A stretch of 63,181 nt of DNA, filler included, from Reticulomyxa filosa (lineage: Eukaryota > Protista > Foraminifera): the NCBI GenBank assembly GCA_000512085.1. It is 13 parts of 13 records of this genome, joined end to end, with 100 filler letters (N's around TTAATTAATTAA, not from the genome) between each part and the next. Parts side by side here need not be neighbours in the genome. Positions count along the whole stretch, not along the records: positions 44,454 to 58,080 come from ASPP01004084.1; positions 58,181 to 59,644 come from ASPP01027290.1; positions 59,745 to 61,077 come from ASPP01013732.1; positions 61,178 to 63,181 come from ASPP01028447.1; 9 more parts are not named here. The stretch is one strand, 5' to 3'. The notes beneath the pieces are model-generated. The model had not been told where the DNA came from. It did no database searches and saw only the letters and a program-made list of their open reading frames with translations. This document shows, piece after piece, positions 57,997 to 63,181 of this stretch (positions are counted from its first letter, which is position 1; each line of letters opens with the position of its first letter). The position numbers were made by a program, and so were the translations under genes.

Positions 57997-58559
57997 TAAA
58001 TGTGAATACGAAGAAGAAGAAGAAGAAGATGAGAATGATGACGTAATAGAAACAACAAAAGCGGAAAAAAAAAAAAAAAANNNNNNNNNNNNNNNNNNNN
58101 NNNNNNNNNNNNNNNNNNNNNNNNTTAATTAATTAANNNNNNNNNNNNNNNNNNNNNNNNNNNNNNNNNNNNNNNNNNNNCACCTTGCCTCGACCATCCG
58201 GATCGCCTTCACAAGCCTTGTTATCAGCGATTATGTTCGGTTTTGCCCGAGGTTCAGTAGAAATTACCCGACCCTCGGAGTTCTGCCAAAAACAAAAGAC
58301 ATGTATTTGCCTCGATATTGCCAATTTCCCTAAGGCGTCGAACACTCTTAAAGCTAAGCTAGTATCGATACTCTCTCATACAAGTCGCTCGTTGTCAGTA
58401 AAAGAGTTACTATCTCAGTTACCAGGACTTTGCACCACGGTACACTCAAAACAACCGATGGCAATATACGCTGTTAGTTTTAAAGTCACTTCCACCTCTT
58501 GTCTTCGTCGCCGATGATGGTCTTGTATAATATATTGTAAGTGGATAAACTTTGTATGA

Positions 58560-59185
58560 GCATAAATAAGTCAAGTAACCAAGTTTCCTTGCTGCCTTCC
58601 ATAGACATAATTGATATGCTTGGAATAAGTCATATGAGAATCAAGGAACAATCCAAGATACTTCACATGATCACATTCCTTTAAATTTGACTGCTTCAAT
58701 GTCAATTTCATATTTTTGAATTTCTTCTTGTTCTGGTGTCTGAATGTGATGCATTGCGTCTTATCAGCTGCAAGCAACAAATAGGAATAACAGTGAATCA
58801 GTCATTGCATTGCCACCATTCTTTAACATTTGATTGTGGATGTTATCAGGACCTTGAGCCTTGTACGGGGACAAATGTCTCAATGCTTCAATAACTTCCT
58901 CTCTTGTGATATCAATTTGATGGATATCAAATGAATAAACATAATTATCATCCAATTCCAATGGTTTGGATATTGCCACTTTAAATTTAATTCATCTTCA
59001 ACCATTTCATAATGCTTTTCATCAACATCTTTTGGATGCTGAGGTGGTTCTGCAAATGTCTTTGCCAAAAGATAAGCTTTATCAGAATCAGACCTTGCCA
59101 CTGAATTTGTTTCTTTATTCATCAGTGTTGGAATAATACATCTTGTTGGTGTTTAATGCCTTGAATTTCATGAATAAGTTTCTTG
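58560..59185 (-). mobile_element. Non-LTR retrotransposon (LINE) ORF2 relic with the RT core deleted
   Basis: SDSDKAYLLAKTF; ITREEVIEALRHLSPYKAQGPDNIHNQMLKNGG (pre-RT motif) joined directly to DKTQCITF...VKYLGLFLDSHMTYSKHINYV (RT domain 7/thumb). Frameshifted. Confidence 0.85.
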
Positions 59186-59745
59186 TATTCCCTTCATAAA
59201 AATATATATATGTATATATATCCCCCTTATCATCATTGGTAAACTCAAGCCAAAAGTAGGGTTCAAAGCCGATCCTAGTGAAGGGACAAATGTCCAAATA
59301 CATCTCCCATGGCGAAATGGCAAAAAAAAAAGTTCCAACGTTCAAAATGCGGAAGCCGAAGGCATCCGCCAGCGAAAAGCTCGGAAGCCTTTGGCTTCCT
59401 CGCGCCAAATTATCAAACAAATGTTATTTTTGTGTGTTCCAACTCCTGGGACCCCCAAACATGGATTACAGTTTGCTGGCAACAGTCTTCATTGAGACTT
59501 TAATGAATTAATTGCCTTTTAGTGCTTTTACAAACAATCGGATATTTTATTTTTGATCATAGTGATTTGATTTCTGTCATTTATTTGTTTGAATTTATGA
59601 TTTCATTGGACAATTTTTATTCAGCACATTTTAAAGTTTTTGAANNNNNNNNNNNNNNNNNNNNNNNNNNNNNNNNNNNNNNNNNNNNTTAATTAATTAA
59701 NNNNNNNNNNNNNNNNNNNNNNNNNNNNNNNNNNNNNNNNNNNNG

Positions 59746-59868
59746 GAAAACAATGTGGCGCCGTCGGCGGTGAGCTTTACCGACTGCAACAACGCGGCCA
59801 GCAGTACCAGTAATAACCGGATCGCCAAGGTGTTCCGCACCTCGGTTTACGTGAGGAATGCGCCATGA
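59746..59868 (+). CDS. pilW: Type IV pilus minor pilin PilW, C-terminal fragment
   Basis: ENNVAPSAVSFTDC...[16 protein letters not shown] has the PilW-type C-terminal strand ending in RN. Its stop overlaps the next start (ATGA). Confidence 0.7.
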   Translation, partial: ENNVAPSAVSFTDCNNAASSTSNNRIAKVFRTSVYVRNAP

Positions 59869-60275
59869 GCCGGATGCAGCAACGCGGCTTTTCGCTGTTG
59901 GTGGTGATGGTGTTCCTGCTGGTGCTGGGCCTGCTGGGTTTTGCCGTCACCAAGAGTGCCATCGTGCAGGAGAAGATTGCCGGTAACCTGCGCGAAAAAA
60001 ACGTGGCTTTTTTTGCCGCCGAAGCGGCGCTGCGCGAAGGCGAGATCTACCTGGGCACGGCCGATGACCTCAGTAATATCACCGCTTCGGTGCCATTGCC
60101 GTCACGCGCCACGGTCTCGCCGCTGGGTGGGGCGTCGTCCAGCTATACCATCAGTTGCGTCAACAACTGCACGGCCTCGGGCGGCAAGGTGTACTACCGT
60201 ATTCAGGCCAGCGCCACCGGCTTGCGCAACGACTCGGTAACGGCACTGGAATCAGTGGTATCGGTAGAAGAATGA
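59865..60275 (+). CDS. pilX: Type IV pilus assembly protein PilX
   Basis: QQRG|[13 protein letters not shown] (prepilin cleavage site lacking Glu5, typical of PilX), [36 protein letters not shown]. Confidence 0.9.
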   Translation: MSRMQQRGFSLLVVMVFLLVLGLLGFAVTKSAIVQEKIAGNLREKNVAFFAAEAALREGEIYLGTADDLSNITASVPLPSRATVSPLGGASSSYTISCVNNCTASGGKVYYRIQASATGLRNDSVTALESVVSVEE

Positions 60276-60289
60276 AAGCGGAGACAAAC

Positions 60290-60718
60290 ATGAAACAACA
60301 GGGCTTTACCCTGATCGAGCTGGTCATTGTGGTGGCGATTGTCGGTATTCTTACCAGTATCGCCATTCCGCTGTACCGCGACTACGTGGTGCGCGCCAAC
60401 CGCACCGAGGCCAAGACCGCGCTGGCCGCGGTGGCGTTGGCGCAGGAGCGCTACTATTCGGCCAACAATACGTATAGCACCACGCTGGCGTCGCTGGGCA
60501 CGGTGATGGGCATTGCCAGTAGTGGCCTGACCGAAAACGGTTACTACAACATCAGCATCGCGGCGGCCAGCCCGACTGTCGGTTACACCCTCAGCGCCAC
60601 GCCGCAAAGCAAGGCCGGGCAGAATACCGACAAGTGCAATATCCTGACGCTAACCAATACTGGTCTGAAGGGCGTTACCAGCGCCACCAGTGGCTATACT
60701 GCGGCCAACTGCTGGTAA
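60290..60718 (+). CDS. pilE: Type IV minor pilin PilE
   Basis: GGAG RBS; MKQQG|[37 protein letters not shown]; QERYY; DKC..LTLTNTG...CW. Confidence 0.92.
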   Translation: MKQQGFTLIELVIVVAIVGILTSIAIPLYRDYVVRANRTEAKTALAAVALAQERYYSANNTYSTTLASLGTVMGIASSGLTENGYYNISIAAASPTVGYTLSATPQSKAGQNTDKCNILTLTNTGLKGVTSATSGYTAANCW

Positions 60719-60852
60719 GCGGTGTCATGCGGCTGGCGTCTGGGCGCCGGCTGCATTAAGATAGCCCCCTTTTTGCCGGATGGCGTCGCCGTCCGCACGT
60801 GCCGATACTGAAAGGACTGCGCGCAAACCTGCTTTGCCCGGTGACCTGAACC

Positions 60853-61077
60853 ATGAAAAACGCCATGAAACCGAATAATGAAACAGCACTGGGTGCGGCA
60901 CTGAAGACGGCCGTACAAAGCCTGAGCAAGAAAAGCCAGACCGAGATGATCGCCGCTCACGTCTACGCCAAGTACGACGTGTTCAAACGCTTCCTGCCGC
61001 TGGCACTGGGCATCCACGAAGCGCTGATCGCCGAACTGCCGCAGTTCGACGCCCAGCTGGTGGCCCGCGTGCTGGCT
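60853..61077 (+). CDS. proQ: ProQ/FinO-family RNA chaperone, 5' part
   Basis: ETALGAALKTAVQSLSKKSQTEMIAAHVYAKYDVFKRFLPLALGI... closely resembles the minimal Neisseria ProQ N-terminus as I recall it. PLALGI is the ProQ/FinO motif. Confidence 0.88.
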
Positions 61078-63181
61078 NNNNNNNNNNNNNNNNNNNNNNN
61101 NNNNNNNNNNNNNNNNNNNNNTTAATTAATTAANNNNNNNNNNNNNNNNNNNNNNNNNNNNNNNNNNNNNNNNNNNNATGGATGTTCCACATGCAGCCAA
61201 TTGCTCAAGAAGGCTTGCATATCACACGCAGTGTCACCGAGGACAGTCTATCGAGGATTGTGTGGACAATCACTATGCAAATGCACATAGCACTATCATG
61301 AAAGGTAGCAATATTGTGCACAGTTGCTATGCGCTGTCGTCGTCTTCCCACAACGACGAAAAAACTGCAGAATTGCTCCCACATTTGCTCAAAATCAGAG
61401 TCGTTTGAATTGAGAAGATGGAAACAAAGAATTTATATCTCAACGCGCACATGAAAGAGCTGGCGTCGATGATGATGAGAACAATCGAGTACAAGAAGGC
61501 CATGGCCTTGAAGGAAGAAGAAGATAAGAAGATGAAGGCGATGAAAAGTAATGACAATGACAATAACGCAGCTGTCAACGAAAAGAAGATCAAAGACAAA
61601 GGAATACAAAAAAGAATATTAACGTTCGTATTGAAAGCTCCAAAGACAATGATTCCAAATCTACGATGATTTATGCCATCTGAGCCAGCAAGTACAAAGG
61701 ACACTGCCAAGACAACTACAAAAGAAAAGCAAGTACAAAAATCAATACAAGTGCAAATGCTAATGCAAATTGAGATGAAAAACAGTGACAAAAATAAAGA
61801 GGAAATGTGGTACGAATTTTTCACTTTTCCCTTATTTGGAGGAAGTGTATTCACTCTAAATTCCGTGATCGTTCAATCTTCGTTTTTTTCATTATTGATA
61901 TTTTCCTGCCCCTTTTGCAAAGAACAAGAGACACTTACTATATTGCTTTCTACCAGATTCTTCTAATCAACATCAACGGGCGACTGTCATAGCATCATCA
62001 GCTGCGCGCTGCTGGTCTACTCAACAACTGCTTGCTATACAAGTATATGTGCACGTCCGAAGTGCTACAAACGCTGACTGCGTATGAACCTCGGGCACTT
62101 GACGTGCTACAACAGTAGTACCGTCATGCTGTTGCTGCATAAGCGCATACTCGAGAAATGCAATTGGAAACAAATTACAAAATACAGGCGTCAATACCAA
62201 TAGTCAATGCATAAATAATGACGAAGACATGCAGCATGGCCGTGAGTTTGAGCAACATTAGAATGAAGTCATTAATATTTACCTTTGGAATCGACTGCAC
62301 CACAAGGCCATTGAAATGGATATGTTACGGTGTTTTTGGTATAACACCAGCACCGACTATTGGAAGGGGTCGTTGATACTGTCGTCCGAATACCGTTGGT
62401 GGAGATTGGAACACTGGTTTCATTCGAGCGTAACGGGTTCGGATATTTATATTTATACAAAGTCTTGATCACTACATGTCCGTTGGTGCTGCTGTCCACC
62501 CATGGTAATATCTTAGCTTTCACATTCAATTCGAGTGCAGCAAATGTGACAAAAGTCAATTGCTTCATATAGTTAAGTCAAGCGTTCAATGTAAAAATGA
62601 TGATGATAATTCTTATTAATGTTAAAAGACAAATTGCAAAAAAATAATATTTATCAGAACAAATGTTTTGCTAGTCTGACAATCTAAATATTATTTGTTT
62701 CGATTTGCTTACATAATTTTTACAGTTTTGATATCTTGACTGACACAGTGCTCAATATTTCTATTTTTTATTTTTTGCTCTTCATAGTAATCTTCACTTT
62801 CACTTTTATGTTTTCTTCATATCTTTCTTTTGTTGTATAGGATTCTTTGATGAAATAATTGGTTCCATTACATAAGTAATGTTATCATTGTTACTCATAT
62901 TGATTACTTTTTGCTTTTGCTTGTTCTTTAAGCATTAATATTTCTCGTATGTATTATTTTTATTTTGTTTTTTGAGTATTTCTTCTTTGATTACTTGGAT
63001 ATATTGAATAACATACTTTACTATTACTAGTTACATAACGTTTATTTTTCAATAATGTTGTGAATGTTACATTATATTATTTGTAATTCAAGATCTTTTT
63101 CACTAATGTGTTATTTTTCTAATTCACATTGTATTCTAACAATTTTCAATTTGAAATAATTTTTTCGATATTCTTGAAATA

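Noticed and set aside
58181-58520. Possible RNase H domain downstream of the LINE relic (FTDN..., W...NIIADNKA)
   Set aside because: The resemblance is too weak and is interrupted by stops. It cannot be supported without a profile search.
59745-61077. Horizontal transfer of pilus genes into the eukaryote
   Set aside because: The whole contig is bacterial in composition and organisation, with no host flanks.
61178-62568. Short ORFs on the last contig as a gene or mobile element
   Set aside because: They are fragmented with no recognisable motifs. Possibly decayed coding sequence, but not assignable.

Overview
This window is not one locus. It is 13 assembly contigs joined by 12 artificial 100-nt linkers (N44-TTAATTAATTAA-N44), so adjacency across linkers has no meaning. 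Twelve contigs are very AT-rich eukaryotic nuclear DNA with short GT-AG introns, many pseudogenes and expanded WD40/kelch-like families. Their style closely resembles the foraminiferan Reticulomyxa filosa (my recollection, not a database result). One 1.3-kb contig (59745-61077) is GC-rich betaproteobacterial DNA (pilW-pilX-pilE-proQ, Neisseriales-like) and is probably contamination. Recognisable eukaryotic genes: a WD40 paralog cluster, mitochondrial GrpE, a bacterial-type YbaK/ProX tRNA deacylase carrying an intron, a PH-BEACH-WD40-FYVE (WDFY3/ALFY-like) protein, a purple acid phosphatase, an RNF213/mysterin-like AAA+ fragment, a PLOD-type glycosyltransferase and RNase H2 subunit B. There are also NACHT, caspase-like and LINE relics. 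The best leads are: (1) a 127-bp almost fully palindromic, TA-flanked MITE-like element seen three times; (2) an uncharacterised domain fused to a ZZ-like zinc finger and a SAM domain; (3) the intron-bearing bacterial-type deacylase, a candidate horizontal transfer; (4) animal-like innate-immunity components in a protist; (5) introns with A-rich rather than pyrimidine-rich 3' ends. I cannot claim a complete new multi-gene system from these short unlinked contigs.
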